Source: Octopus vulgaris (Eukaryota). Taken from it: 64,000 nucleotides of DNA. The stretch spans positions 48,670,001 through 48,734,000 of the forward strand of contig OX597826.1 in the NCBI GenBank assembly GCA_951406725.2. The letters run 5' to 3'. A program made the position numbers and the translations under genes. Positions 44,968 through 60,625 of the stretch are shown piece by piece. The first letter of the stretch is position 1, and every line of letters begins with the position of its first letter. Below the pieces are notes generated by a model. The model was not told the DNA's origin. It saw only the letters and a list, made by a program, of their open reading frames with translations, and did no database searches.

Positions 44968-45302
44968 ATAGGTGCAACAATGGCTGTGTGAATAAGAAGT
45001 TCAGTTTTCAGTCACATGGTTTCAATATCAGTCTACCCCATAGTACCTTGGTCAAGTATCTTTACTATGGCCTGCTACCAACAAAGCCTTGCAAGTGTAT
45101 TTCATAATGACAGACTGAAAGAAGTCTATTGGGTGGATTGTACCAGATACTCAGACAGTGCAGCCTTGTCTCACACTGTCTCGTACTGATTCTGCCAGAG
45201 AATTACACTAAGGGTACATTCATCTATAGAATACATGGCCTTGTACATATAAATTCAAGGGCAGGTAATGCAGCAGATCAAATAACTGAATCGTTATTGT
45301 CA
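44968..45302 (+). mobile_element. Old SINE family A head followed by an old family C body
   Basis: AGGTGCAACAATGGCTGTGTG...ACCTTGGTCAAGTATC...ACTGAAAGAAG, then CAGCCTTGTC...TAAGGGTACA. Confidence 0.55.
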
Positions 45303-45529
45303 AAGATAGGAGATGCACCATCATACTTACACATATGCAATATATTTCAACTGGCATTATCTGCCACTGACATCAGGTTTCCTTCGTTCTATGCAGGTGT
45401 CATATTTCTGCATCTATACTTGATTCCAGTCTGAGTTCAAGTATACATACATAAATATGACACCTGGAGGTGATAACATTAAAGCAAATAACTGCAGCAT
45501 AGTACAGGTATGAAAAAAGGTAAATATTT

Positions 45530-45718
45530 CATCATCATCATCATCATCATCGTTTAACGTTCGTTTTCCATGCTATCATGGGTTGGACAGTTCAACCAGG
45601 GTCTGGGAAGCCAGAAGGCTGCGCCAGGCTCAGTCTGATCTGGCAGTGTTTCTACAGCTGGATGCCCTTCCTAACGCCAAATGCCCTTCCTAACGCCAAT
45701 TTGCCCTTCCAAACGCCA
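45530..45718 (-). mobile_element. RTE 3' tail module with a triplicated 19-bp 5' junction
   Basis: (CAT)n CGTTTAACG...GGATGCCCTTCCTAACGCCAA, with the last 19-mer present three times. Confidence 0.85.
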
Positions 45719-45884
45719 TGTATATATATTATCAGAAAAATCATTTCTATTCATTTATACAAATATATAATACTGAACCAAGAACTTTTTATTTCTATTT
45801 CTTTTTCTACTATACATATGCACGCACACACACACACACACATGCACACACATGCACATGCACACACACACACACACACATATA

Positions 45885-46195
45885 TACATGCATATATGGG
45901 TACATCACCAATGGTGCAAATAACATGAAATACGTAAACAAGAGAGTTAAATATGTAAACAACGAGAAAAATAGGGAAAACAGGACAAATAAACACAGAG
46001 AAAGACCCTTCATCAGTTGTCGGCTGTCTATCTACTTCTCATTTCAAGCATTCAATGACAATATGAGTCTTCAAAGACAGTTGCTCCCATAAATTCTAAA
46101 ATAAAGTTTAGGATTTATGGAAGGTCAGAGTTGGGAACAAAAACGTGGCAGTGGAGGCATACAAGGAAACCAAACAAAAACAAATAATAATTAAC
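45885..46195 (-). mobile_element. Short (TA)n-anchored insert, probable Penelope-like pLTR derivative
   Basis: The minus strand contains GACAACTGATGAAGGG and ends GTACCCATATATGCAT(TA)n, as does 47170-47345 (+). Confidence 0.55.
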
Positions 46196-46333
46196 GACAA
46201 AGGTATGGTGGTACGGTTAGGAAGTTCACTGCTCAGTTACATGGGTTTGGGTTCGGTCCCACTGTGTGGTACCTTGAACATGTGTCAAAACCTTGTGAGA
46301 GAATTTGTAAAACAGAAATTAAAAGAAACCTGT

Positions 46334-46382
<49 letters not shown>

Positions 46383-46383
<1 letters not shown>

Positions 46384-46505
46384 AATGAATAGAAATGCCT
46401 TTTCTGATAATTTTTTCTACTTTCATAATTAGATGTTCATAAGTTACATGAACATTTACTTTTTGAAGTAGGAAAAATTATCAGAAAAGCCATTTCTATT
46501 TATTT
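46383..46505. repeat. Inverted repeat, ~58-bp arms, 7-nt loop
   Basis: 46383-46440 versus 46448-46505, within a 46381-46560 insert between (TA)n tracts. Confidence 0.9.
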
Positions 46506-46560
46506 TTACAAAGATATAATGTTGTACCAAAAACATTCTATCTCTTTTTCTTATTCTACC

Positions 46561-46641
<81 letters not shown>

Positions 46642-46725
46642 TAGATAATAAAATATTAGGGAATAAATCCAAACTTACAGGGAAAAATCAGATTTAGGAT
46701 TGAATCCAATTTTATAGTAAAATAT

Positions 46726-46898
46726 TATATTATATTAAATTAGAGATAAAACCACTATTAGGCAAATCATACAATGCAAAACTTAAGCCAATACATAAGA
46801 TTAATTAATTTATATTTAATTAATCATATGTATTGGCTTAAGTTTTTCATTGTATGATTTGCCTAATAGTGGTTTTACCTCTAATTTAATATAATATA
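46726..46898. repeat. Inverted repeat, ~83-bp arms, ~7-nt loop
   Basis: ...AACCACTATTAGGCAAATCATACAATG... versus ...CATTGTATGATTTGCCTAATAGTGGTT..., with few mismatches. Confidence 0.92.
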
Positions 46899-46902
46899 TA
46901 TA

Positions 46903-47138
46903 AAAACACCATCCGAGCATGGCGGTCTGCCAGCCTCATCTGGCACCTGTGTCGGTGGCACATAAAATCACCCACTACACTCTCGGAGTGGTTGGCGTTA
47001 GGAAGGGCATCCAGCTGTAGAAACACTGCCAGATCTGACTGGCCTGGTGTAGCCTTCGAGCTTGCCAGACCCCAGTTGAACCGTCCAACCCATGCCAGCA
47101 TGGAAAGCGGACGTTAAACGATGATGATGATGATGATG

Positions 47139-47139
<1 letters not shown>
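46903..47139 (+). mobile_element. RTE 3' tail module, young
   Basis: ...GGCACATAAAATCACCCACTACACTCTCGGAGTGGTTGGCGTTAGGAAGGGCATCCAGCTG...GGACGTTAAACGATGATG. Confidence 0.85.
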
Positions 47140-47169
<30 letters not shown>

Positions 47170-47170
<1 letters not shown>

Positions 47171-47345
47171 GCAGAGTAGATAAGACATGGGACAACTGAT
47201 GAAGGGAATGTTCTTTATGTTGCATGTCTTGTTTCTCTGTTTGTTTTTTCGTTGTTCGAAAAAAATTCTGTTTTCCATGTTTTTGTTTTTTATGTTCTCG
47301 TTTCTCATTCTTTTTTGATGTCTTGTACCCATATATGCATATATA
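47170..47345 (+). mobile_element. Short (TA)n-anchored insert related to 45885-46195
   Basis: GACAACTGATGAAGGG, a T-rich body, then GTACCCATATATGCAT(AT)n. Confidence 0.55.
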
Positions 47346-47396
47346 TGTAGGTATGTATATATATGTATGTATATATGCATATATTTATATATTATT

Positions 47397-47441
<45 letters not shown>

Positions 47442-48469
47442 GTGTATGATGTATGTATGTATGTATGTATTTATGTATGTATGTATATATATCTGAGGGG
47501 CCAGAGTGGATCTTCAAAGTATCAGTTGGGTAGAAATGAGTGAGGTGAGAACTGAGTGGGAAAGTAGGGAATGTCTGACAGCATGGAACAGCAAAATAGT
47601 AATGATGACATAGTAAACAGGAGGATGAAGGAAAGAGAGAGATTATATGGTTTTGGGAGAGTTGCAGGAGTGCATGGTGAAGAGAAAGGCAAATATAGAA
47701 AATATGTATAGCCTTAGAAGTAAAAATAACAAAGGCACCAACAATAATAACACTGATACAAACATGAGCTTCTGTTGTTATCTCCCTTGCCAATGTCAAA
47801 TGGTTCACAAAATTTATACTTTGTAAACAAGACACTAAATAATCTTAAAATTCTGCAATATTTCATTAACAGAATTTAAAATCTTTATAGAAATAAATGG
47901 TTTTATAACCATCCATGACAGGGAGCTTACTAGATCAACACAGAATTTCCAGCCTTCCAAATTATAGTCAAACTCACCTGAAGTGTGTTCCCCATCTCTG
48001 GAGTTTGGGTTACTTTAGAGTGGGGCATAAGTAAGTAACAAGTGGACAGAAGTTGCAATAAAGTTTTAATTAAAACTTCTTTTGAATATGTGTATGTGCT
48101 TGTGTGTACGTATACACACACACACATATATATATGTACATACATACATATATACACTCATACACGTACACATATATATGTTAAAAATATCCCACACAAG
48201 TTGTAACAAGGAAAATAAAAAATTAATATCTCTTTTACGCTTCAGTTAATAAATTTGAAAGCATATTATTACTACTGTCAAACTGCTTCAAAATACAATT
48301 ATATATTGAAAAACAAATTATTGTAATCAAATTATTTCAAAATACCTTATTACATATTGCAAAATATCATGTATCCAAAATATATTACTACAATCAAATC
48401 ATTTCAACATCACATATTTCAGAATACATTTATGTATTCAAATAATTTCAAAATATATTATTAAACACT

Positions 48470-50305
48470 CCAAAGTACATTATTACAAACCGGTTTCACT
48501 TTTCATAGATGATGTTCATTGCAATGTATGTGTAGTATCTTGCTACTAGGCATCATTTAACATATAGTGTATCTATTGAAGTAGCCTTGCTATAGACTCA
48601 CTTGGTAGTAAGAAACATTGTATCATATACATTAGTCGACCCAAATTAAGTAACAATGTAAAGTTTTGTGCTGTAGCTATTCATAAATATATGGGGAAAA
48701 TATATTTCATTAATATTCATAAATGAATAATAATATAAGTTTCAGTAACTTGTTTATCTTCTATAATATAAAATGTTTCTTTATTGATTGTTAATTGGCC
48801 TATTTGGTCATATTTGGCAATATTTTCTGCACTTGGATATAATGGAACGAGTTTAAAATCTGGTTGCTGAGTTCCTGCACATAAATGTAAATATTTATTG
48901 AATCGAATTTTCTTAATGTTTGAATCACGTATTTATTGTTCATGAACCATCATGCATTTTCTGAGTGATATGAAGGTTTGGCCAATGTAACTCTCACACA
49001 GCTACAGCATGTTATGAAGTAAATTCCATTTTATGACAGGCACATCAGGTTATTTATTTTTTTACTTAAAGAATTTGCCTTTTTTTTTCAAAGCAAAACT
49101 CAGAGCTTCAAATGTTTTGATAGAATTTCCACAATTCGATCTTCCACATTTTTTCATTTTCAGGTTTTGTATAATGTTGATAGGTATTTGGGTACTTAAG
49201 AGTTTCTTTAATGAATGTATTTTTTGCTTCTATTTTTTTGGCTTTCTAAGATTCTCCTCATTTTAGGCTTACATTTTAACAGGAATAAATTTTGATTAAT
49301 TACATTAAAGGACTTAATACTCTTAAAGTTATGGATTGAGATTTAAAATATTTATTTATTTCAGTTTTTTTATACTTTATAGTCCTCAAAGCTCTAATAT
49401 CAATTGCCTATGCTCTTTCAATTGCATTGGTAATTAATAATGGTGGCTAACATCTACCAACCAGAATTTCTTTTAATTTCTGTAGTCTTTTTTCTCAGGC
49501 ATTCAAAATTAATACACTGTTGCATATTCTTTTAGTTAGGTTTTACGTGAGCATCACTTTCATGGGATTGAAATAGTATGAAGTAGAAAATATTGTCTAG
49601 AATCAGTTGATTAATAATATATATCTATTTTTATCTAATTTTGTTTTTTATAACTCATATATCTAAAAAGGGTAATTTACCTTTACTGTATTTCATAAAA
49701 AATTGAATGTCATTGTTAATGCTATTTCTAAGACTCTTAAATTCAGAAGGTCTACTCAAACCTTTTCCCTATAGGATAAAACAAATATCAAAATATCTTT
49801 TGTAACTTTCCTTCAAGTAGTTATGAAAATGGTTTCAATGTTTCTGCCTGGATTTTTCCCATATTTTTTTATCTCAAGGTATCTTATTAATAAAAAATTG
49901 TATACATTGGTACTACGTTGGTTCCCATTGCCATTCCTAATTTTTGTTTATATATTATTTGATCGGAATTTTTAAAGCATTGTTTTATTGAATAAATTGA
50001 ACATGTTCCACAATAAATTTTCATAAAACATCTGGTAATTCATGCATATTTCTCAAACTAAAAGTATATTCTGCTACTCCATTTTCATGTGGTATATTTG
50101 AATAGAGGCTAACCACATCCAAGTTGTTGCAAGAACCACTGAGTAAAGAATTTCCAGGCTTTTCTTCGACCATAGATCTTACTTAAAACTCAACAATTGA
50201 GTCATAATTCACAATTGACATTTTCTTACTGACAAAGAAAATCTACGAATACTGGGGTATTTTTGGATCTTTAGGAATTTCAAAATAATGATATGCTATG
50301 TAAAG
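48470..50305 (-). mobile_element. Decayed Penelope-like retroelement (RT + GIY-YIG + 3' pLTR remnant)
   Basis: Manual translation gives DVVSLYSNIPHENG (~50080-50120), YKQKLGMAMGTNVVPMY (~49900-49950), KRYFDICFI (YxDD relic, ~49775-49803), KLPFLD (~49665) and IYFITCCSC..YIGQT (~48975-49025). A hammerhead relic ...GAAACCGGTTTGTA lies at 48484-48523. Confidence 0.85.
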
Positions 50306-50805
50306 TAGCATAAGTTCTTGAAATGTATGCATGTGTATGTGTGTGTGCATGTATGTGTATGTGTGTGTGTGCATGTGTGTGTATTCTTGTTCTCTCACTC
50401 TGTGCTTTCCACACATTTTTTAACAAATCTCCTATGAGTTAACATGGGATCCCTTGAGGACAATGTAACCTTCTTTTGACCAAGGAAACTTTGGTCTGAT
50501 GAATAGCTAGCGGAGTACCATTCATTTAGTACTTACTACTTTTGATGTCCTGCTAGTCGGGAAGCATATGTAACTTGGGTTTTACTTAATCCATTCCCTA
50601 AATTCGGATTTTTATTCACATACATAGCAACCTCATTTGCTAACCATGCATTATAAAATACTTTTTTCAGCTTATTAAACTTTGATATGGAAAAAATTTA
50701 CAACTTTCTACATCGATAAACCACTATTGTTTCTGAAAGTTCTTTTTTATACATTCTACGGACTGCTTGAAGTTTACTAACTTCCTTGGATCTCACCTTT
50801 ACCTA

Positions 50806-50902
<97 letters not shown>

Positions 50903-51429
50903 TTCTCTATATATATATATAGTCCAGGCTATATCTAACTTAACTGATAAGATTTGCTAAATCCTTTTTAGGTCTAGTTTTGTGGTATCATGGCCCATTG
51001 AACTAGAGAGTTCTTGTTGAGTGAGTTGTATCCAAGAATAGATGACTTATCCAGTATTCCTTAAAAAAAGTTGTCCAGATTCTGTTTAAAAGTGATGGGA
51101 TTTTTTTCCACTTTCACCTGTTTTGGGACTATGTTAAGTACACACACACACACACAAGTTGCTCTATATATACATATATTTCAAAGGGTATATTGGATGT
51201 TTTATGTCCTCAACTTAAGTTGTTGTTGTTTCAAAGAAAGTTAAAAAACGATTTAATGTAAAAATACATATTCAAACACAAACTATATTCTCTTCTTACC
51301 AATCGTATTTTAATTGTTCATTTATTTTTTCTCTCTGTCTCTCACAAACACACATACCCCTCCCCCCACTTATGTGTATATATGTATATATATATATTTG
51401 TGTGTATATACACATTAAATGTATATGCA

Positions 51430-51476
<47 letters not shown>

Positions 51477-51480
<4 letters not shown>

Positions 51481-51682
51481 CGGGAAGGTTTACGAAAATA
51501 AACAAAAGACGAAGGCAGGTGGAGTACAAACAAACAAATGTATTAGTATGGCACTCAGGAATAGAAATAGAAAAAGTCTTTTACGTTTCGAGCCTACGCT
51601 CTTTGACAGAAAGATACGCAGAAAAGAAACAAGGAGAGAAACAAGGAAGGAAAAAATACGTGTAGGAGCTAACGGTCTATCA
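51477..51682 (-). mobile_element. Short Penelope-like pLTR-type insert in (TA)n with a variant hammerhead motif
   Basis: The minus strand of 51577-51614 reads TCTTT-CTGTCAA-A-GAGC-GTAG-GCTC-GAAA-CG-TA-AAAGA. The 3' tail CCACCTGCCTTCGTCTT also appears, slightly diverged, at 31270-31320 (+). Confidence 0.65.
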
Positions 51683-52056
51683 TATATATATATACGTGTG
51701 TGTGTATATATATATATGTGTGTGTGTGTATGTATACATATATAAACATATACCTGTATATGTGTATGTGTGTTTATACATATTTAAATATGTAGGCATG
51801 TGTATGTACAAACATGTTTATAGTTATAACCATTTCTATATATAAACATGTTTATACACACATGCACACGCACATGTGTATTTGTAAAAGTATCTTAGTT
51901 CATTAATAAATTAATTAGTTGATACATCATAAAATATGTTTCTGATTTCAACAGTAGTCCATCAATCATTTCATTCTCTCAAAAAAAAAAGCTTAAATAT
52001 ATTTCCATGAACTCAAAACATAGGCTTCACAATAATGTAGATTATCTATATATATG

Positions 52057-52680
52057 AAACTGAAAGAAGCCCATCGTATATATGTATATATATGTGTGTG
52101 TGTGTGTATACGTTTGTATGTCTGTGTTTGTCCCCCCAAAATTGATTGACAACCGATGCTGGTGTGTTTACATCCCCGTAACTTAGCGGTTCGGCAAAAG
52201 AGACCGATAGAATAAGTACTAGGCTTACAAAGAATAAGTTTATTTGCTCGACTAAAGGTGGTGCTCCAGCATGGCCACAGTCAAATGACTGAAACAAGTA
52301 AAAGAGTAAAAGAGTATGTATATATATGTGTGTGTGTGTGTGTTTATATCTACAAAGACAATACCCCTCCTGGGGTCAAACACATTGGCATAAATGTAGT
52401 TATATATATATAAATATATATATATATATAGTTATATATAAGTAGTTATATATATATATGTAGTTATATATAAGTAGTTCTATATATATATATATATATT
52501 GACAACTGATGTTAGTGTGTTTACATTCTCATAACTTAGCAGTTCAGCAAAAGAGACCAACAGAATAAGTGCAAGGCTTTAAAAAAATGTCTTAGGAGTT
52601 GATATGCTCAACTAAAACCCCTCAAGGTGGCACTCCAGCATGACCACAGTCACATGACTGAGACAAGCAAAAGATAAAAG
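52057..52680 (+). mobile_element. Two SINE family A 3' halves (52057-52313 and 52500-52680)
   Basis: GAAACTGAAAGAAGCCC...TAACTTAGCGGTTCGGCAAAAGAGACCGATAG...CAGTCAAATGACTGAAACAAGTAAAAG. Confidence 0.8.
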
Positions 52681-53159
52681 ACACCCCGGGTACCAGTCAG
52701 AGACATTTTCACCCAGAAATCAAGGACCTTGTCAATCAATCCCAGGCATTCACTTTTTGGGTCTTTTTTTTTTTTTGAATTCTTATCCTTTTTTTTTCTG
52801 AGAGTGGAGAAATTACAGACCTCAAGATTCTGGTGAGTTCCTTGTTGGTAACAGTGGGACATATTTGTAGTTTTGCAGGGGTTTTTTTATCTCCTTTTAT
52901 ATATTTTATTATTTTTTTTTTGCTCTTTTCCCTTTTGATCTATTCTTTTTTATTGTGTTGCATTTTTATTGCATTTCTGATGCATTTTTATTGTGTTGAT
53001 TGCCTGTGCACCATATTCTACCCAACCCCACCTCAGTCTGTATTCCTGAAATTCCACTGGGGTTGATGTTCACCCTGTTATGTCTTAAGTGTTATGTTTT
53101 TTTGCATCATTATTATTTGTTGTTATTGTTTTTGTTTTTGATTCTGTTCTTGTTGGGAT

Positions 53160-55520
<2,361 letters not shown>

Positions 55521-56101
55521 CAAGACAAGGGGGTGGGGGAATCATAGGACAGATATCAAGAAATGAAAAGCGAGCAAAGAATTTTTAAGCTTACTTTGAA
55601 ACAATTCTCAAAGAATGCAGTCTTCATTTCTTAACGATTACACCATATGAATAATTTCCAGAGACATTTGTTCATCAACTGACATCCCCACCACCACCAC
55701 CACCACCACCATCACCACCACCACCAACACCACTGCTCCCAACACCAACGCCACCCCATCTCCATAACCACCTCTCATCATCAAGTGCCTCTAACACCAT
55801 CACAATTATTCTTCCTCCCACACTTATCCTCTGCTAAAATCCTAAAGGATCACAGAAGCCCAACCCAAACCCTTACATTTATCTCTTTACTCATTCGCTG
55901 TCCCAACACTTGAATCAAAATGCACTGCCAAGCACCCACCCACCCATCCACCCCTCCACCTCTTTATTATTTATCTATTGATTTATTTATTTCATTTGTC
56001 TTTCGGTCCTTGTTTTCAGCAACTCACTTTGTCTATCTATTTACATAGGGAGACAATGGAATTTGTTTACACATGCGCACAAGTGTATATGTGTATGTAT
56101 G

Positions 56102-56137
<36 letters not shown>

Positions 56138-56814
56138 CTTACATGTATGTATATATATATACATATATATATGTGTGTGTGTATATATATATATATACAA
56201 ATATATATATATACATAGATAGATAGATAGATAGATAGATAGATGCACATATATATGTATATATACATGTATGTAGATTGGTTGATAGATAGATAGATGC
56301 ATGCATATATGTGCGTATGCATGTGTATGTATATATATATATATATATAGATATATATATATATACTTTCTCCTCATCCATCATCCTCTTGTACTGTCTT
56401 ATATTCCTCCCCACCACTACAAACTCAATACCACTATAAAATGGTCAAAACTTTTCACACAGGAACTTAGTTTGATTTGAAAACCCCACTAGAATGGGAG
56501 AAAGCGCTAACACATGATCTAAGTTATATGATGTATAAAAAATGTAATATACAAATAAATACCTGTAACTATAAACCATCCGATTTTCTGAGTACCTCAT
56601 TTCTTCTAACATATATATATACACACACACACATACACTCACACACACACGTTGAGTTGATATATGTTCAAACCTTATTCTAGGTATATCATCATCTTTG
56701 TGCATGTTCAGTTCACTGCTGGACATAGGCCTCAACATGTCCTCTCCACCGATCATGGTCCAATGCTTTCCTCATTCTCATATATACACTTCAATACATA
56801 CACACACACACATA

Positions 56815-57672
56815 CAGGATGCAGTGAATATATTGTTGTCTAAATTACACAAAATCGAAAATAACACTGACATCTCATTTTAAGATTTATTTGCCAAAAT
56901 TACAAAAAAATATCTTGAAATGCTAAAGAGTAAATTTATTCAATAAAATCACCATTGGCTTCAACCACAACTTCCAGACGACTTCAGAATCTCCTGCAAC
57001 TCTTCTGGACAGTCGTCCTTGTTTCAGTTGGTGAATGCTGCCATAATCCTTGCCTTCAGTTCATCTTTGGTATTACTAGGTGGTCTCTCACTCAACTGTG
57101 CCCTGCAAGAGGGCTGCAGTCTGGGGAGTTAAGTGGCCAGATTTTAGGAGTGATCTGGTCACAGAAATTGTCTGACAGCTATGAGCGGGTTCTCCTGCTT
57201 GTGTGGCATGGTGCAGAGTCATGTTGCCAGGCATAAGGTCTTCCAGTAGCTACCCTCTTTACCCAGGGCAGCACTACCTCCTCCAGGCACATCATGTAGG
57301 CCTCCATGTTGAGTCTGAGGCTGTGTGGGAAGATGAATGAAGACATACCATCGCCATCACTAGTGATCACTCCAAACACCATGATGTTTGATTTTTATCA
57401 CTCTTGGTACATGTTCTGAGGACACGGCAAACCAATGGCTATTCTGTATGTTCACCATATGCTCGTATTGAAGCTCCCGGCGTAAATGCCAAGCAGTACA
57501 CCATATTGTTTCTAAATTACTGGCAGAGTGAATTGCATCATGGTACTGTTTTTCTCACAGATAGTGCCCAACTGACCCTACTATACTGTGTAGTCAACAA
57601 ATTCAAAAACAAACAATGCACATGCGTGAAATTAAAAATATAAAATGGCAACAATTTACCCATCACACCTTG
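56815..57672 (-). mobile_element. Tc1/mariner DD37D (maT-like) deletion derivative with both ends
   Basis: ORF 57179-57382 MVFGVITSDG...WQHDSAPCHTSRRT is the same family as 32940-33655. Imperfect TIRs CAGGATGCAGTGAATATATTGTTG / CAACAATTTACCCATCACACCTTG, each flanked by TA. Confidence 0.85.
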
Positions 57673-58109
57673 TATATACATGTTTGTGCGTATCAGCACC
57701 TATGAATATATCACTATATATTTATATTGTCTTGAACATATTTCAATTTTCATTTTAATTTTCTCTTTTATTTTTTCCAATCTATGTATTTTTATTACAT
57801 TTTTATTGGAATACAAAAGCAATTTCTTATGAACACCTTCACTATGGAAAATTATTGTTATTTTTTCTTTGATTGATTTTGGTTATAGTATGTGCTTTTC
57901 ATTTGTGTGTGTGTGTGTGTGTGTGGTTCAGTATATATGATACAATAACAACAATTATTAGAAGGAAAAATGCATACATTTCTATACATATATATATACA
58001 AATACACATACATGTATATGTGTGTGTGTAGATGTGTCCATGCAATTTCACACATGCGCATTATAAATTGTATGTATGTGCATATGAGTATATCTATCTA
58101 TCTATCTAA

Positions 58110-58141
<32 letters not shown>

Positions 58142-58175
58142 ATATATATATATATATATATATCTCAATATATAT

Positions 58176-58221
<46 letters not shown>

Positions 58222-58343
58222 CAGTGTACATTTAAACACATAAGAACCATCCATCATAGGACTCCTTGCATGCTAGACAGAACAGTTAAATTCCAAACCA
58301 GTATTAGAGATAAAACTTCAAAGGTATTAAAAATATATGTATA

Positions 58344-58378
<35 letters not shown>

Positions 58379-58477
58379 GATGATATTAAACAGTAACGCC
58401 ATGGTGATACGGAGGATGAAAGAAATTCACTGTGGAGAGACTTTCTGAACACTCTGTATGTGTATGTGTATATATAT

Positions 58478-58519
<42 letters not shown>

Positions 58520-59351
58520 ATAGATAGATAGATATACATATATATAAGTATGTACGTACATTCATATATATATATGTGTGTATGTATATGTAAGTATATT
58601 TCAATAAAGAGGTTTTTAAACAAGAAAAATATGATAATGAAAAAGAAAATAGAAGACAGAGAGAGAGAGAGGGGGAAAGGGAGAGAGAAAGGCAGTCATA
58701 GAATAGAGAAAAAACAAGTATTGTCTAATACAACAACAGCAACAATAATAGCCATGGTGGGGGTGATAGCGGTGGTGATGGTGACAACAAAGGCAACGGT
58801 GGTATGACAACAAACGTTGTGAGGGTGATGGTGATGGTGATGGTGGTGGTGGTGGTGGTGTTAGTGGGGGTGGTGGTAACTTCATGCAGTTATATTATAA
58901 TGTCGTGTTAATATGGAGATATAGCATTATAGTGATAATGATGATGGCGGGGGGGGAGGGGTAAGGGTTTGTGGGTGAGGGTGAAGGTGATGGGGGTGGA
59001 GAAGCAGAAGGCTGTATCCGCGGATGGCGAGCTGATCCTGTTTGACATTGTTAGAACGGTATTAATTGGAACCCATGGAAGCTGTTGAAGACTGTTGAAG
59101 AAGTAATTCTGAGAATGTGCCCATTGCTGGCCTAACCATGCGGAAACTTGCAAAATGTTGCCGTATGATTCACCAGAACAGAACAGTGAGGAGTGAATGA
59201 TGACAAATATTGCTGCTGGAGACCAATGTCATACACAGACACACACACATATAAACGCACATGCACATACATACATATACACACACACACATACACATAT
59301 ACACACATTTATATGTAATGTATAATATATTCATATATATATGTATAGAGT

Positions 59352-59396
<45 letters not shown>

Positions 59397-59554
59397 GTAT
59401 CATATGTATATATGTATACAAATATATTTGTATGTTATGTGCATGTATATATAATATATGTGTGTGTGTGTATACATACATACATACATACATATATATA
59501 TATATATGTGTATATATATATATACATAGATATATATATAAGCACACATATTTA

Positions 59555-59617
<63 letters not shown>

Positions 59618-60211
59618 TTATATATTTATATATATATGCATGTATGTGTGCATGTATAACTATATATATAGATAGATAGCTAGATAGATATAGATATATA
59701 GATATGTATGTCAATGGGTGAATGCCACTATGTATGTATATGTAGAGAAAGACAGACAGACAGACAGAGAGGGAGAGAGAGAGATGTAGACACACATACA
59801 GATGCATAATTATATACATATTAAGGCACACACGTACACACATATTCACTTGTAGACACACATGCACACACATACATCCATACATATACATTTACATAGA
59901 AAAATTCCTGCACATAACATTCCGTATGCATGTGCAGATGAATAACTAAAGTGTCCTGTACATCATCATCATTGTTTAACGTCTACCTTCCCTGCAGGTT
60001 TGGGTGCGACAAAAGAGATATGCATATATACACTCACACACACATACACACACACACACGCACATACATACATTCACACTTATGCAGTGATACACTTTGA
60101 CCTAGAAACTTGTATAATTATGCATGCAATACATGTATGTGCATGTATATGTGCATTTATGTGAACATATGTGTGTGTGTCTGTATAGTTATATGTATGT
60201 GTCCACCCTGA

Positions 60212-60561
60212 AGGAATGAAAATAGACATGAGATATGCAGGGATATTGCATCTGTAGATCCATTATTTAAGCAGAATGGTATACATATAAGATTCCAATA
60301 CCTTGAGAGTAAGATCCAATAGTACTTAAAGTTGGTCATTCCAAGTAAAGTGTTTGTTCACAGTGTTATTTTAGGTCACTTTAAATAAAACCCTCAATTC
60401 AATAACACTGTGTACAAACTCCATACTAGGAATGACCAATTTTAAATACTATTAGATCTAACTCACAAGGTATTGGAATCTTATATGTATATACCATTCT
60501 GCTTAAATAATGGAACTGAAGATACAATATCCCTGCATATCTCACGTCTATTTTCATTCCT
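60212..60561. repeat. Long inverted repeat, ~160-bp arms, ~30-nt spacer
   Basis: AGGAATGAAAATAGACATGAGATATGCAGGGATATTG...CACAGTGTTATT versus AATAACACTGTG...CAATATCCCTGCATATCTCACGTCTATTTTCATTCCT. Confidence 0.92.
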
Positions 60562-60625
60562 CCACTTCACTCTCTGTTTCATTTCTTATCTAAAATAACT
60601 ATTGTTAAACCATTTTCTCACACCA

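Noticed and set aside
50450-50510. GAAAC..GTC and CTGATGA close together
   Set aside because: The motifs overlap in an order and spacing that cannot form a hammerhead; only a simple GACCAA/TTGGTC hairpin is present.
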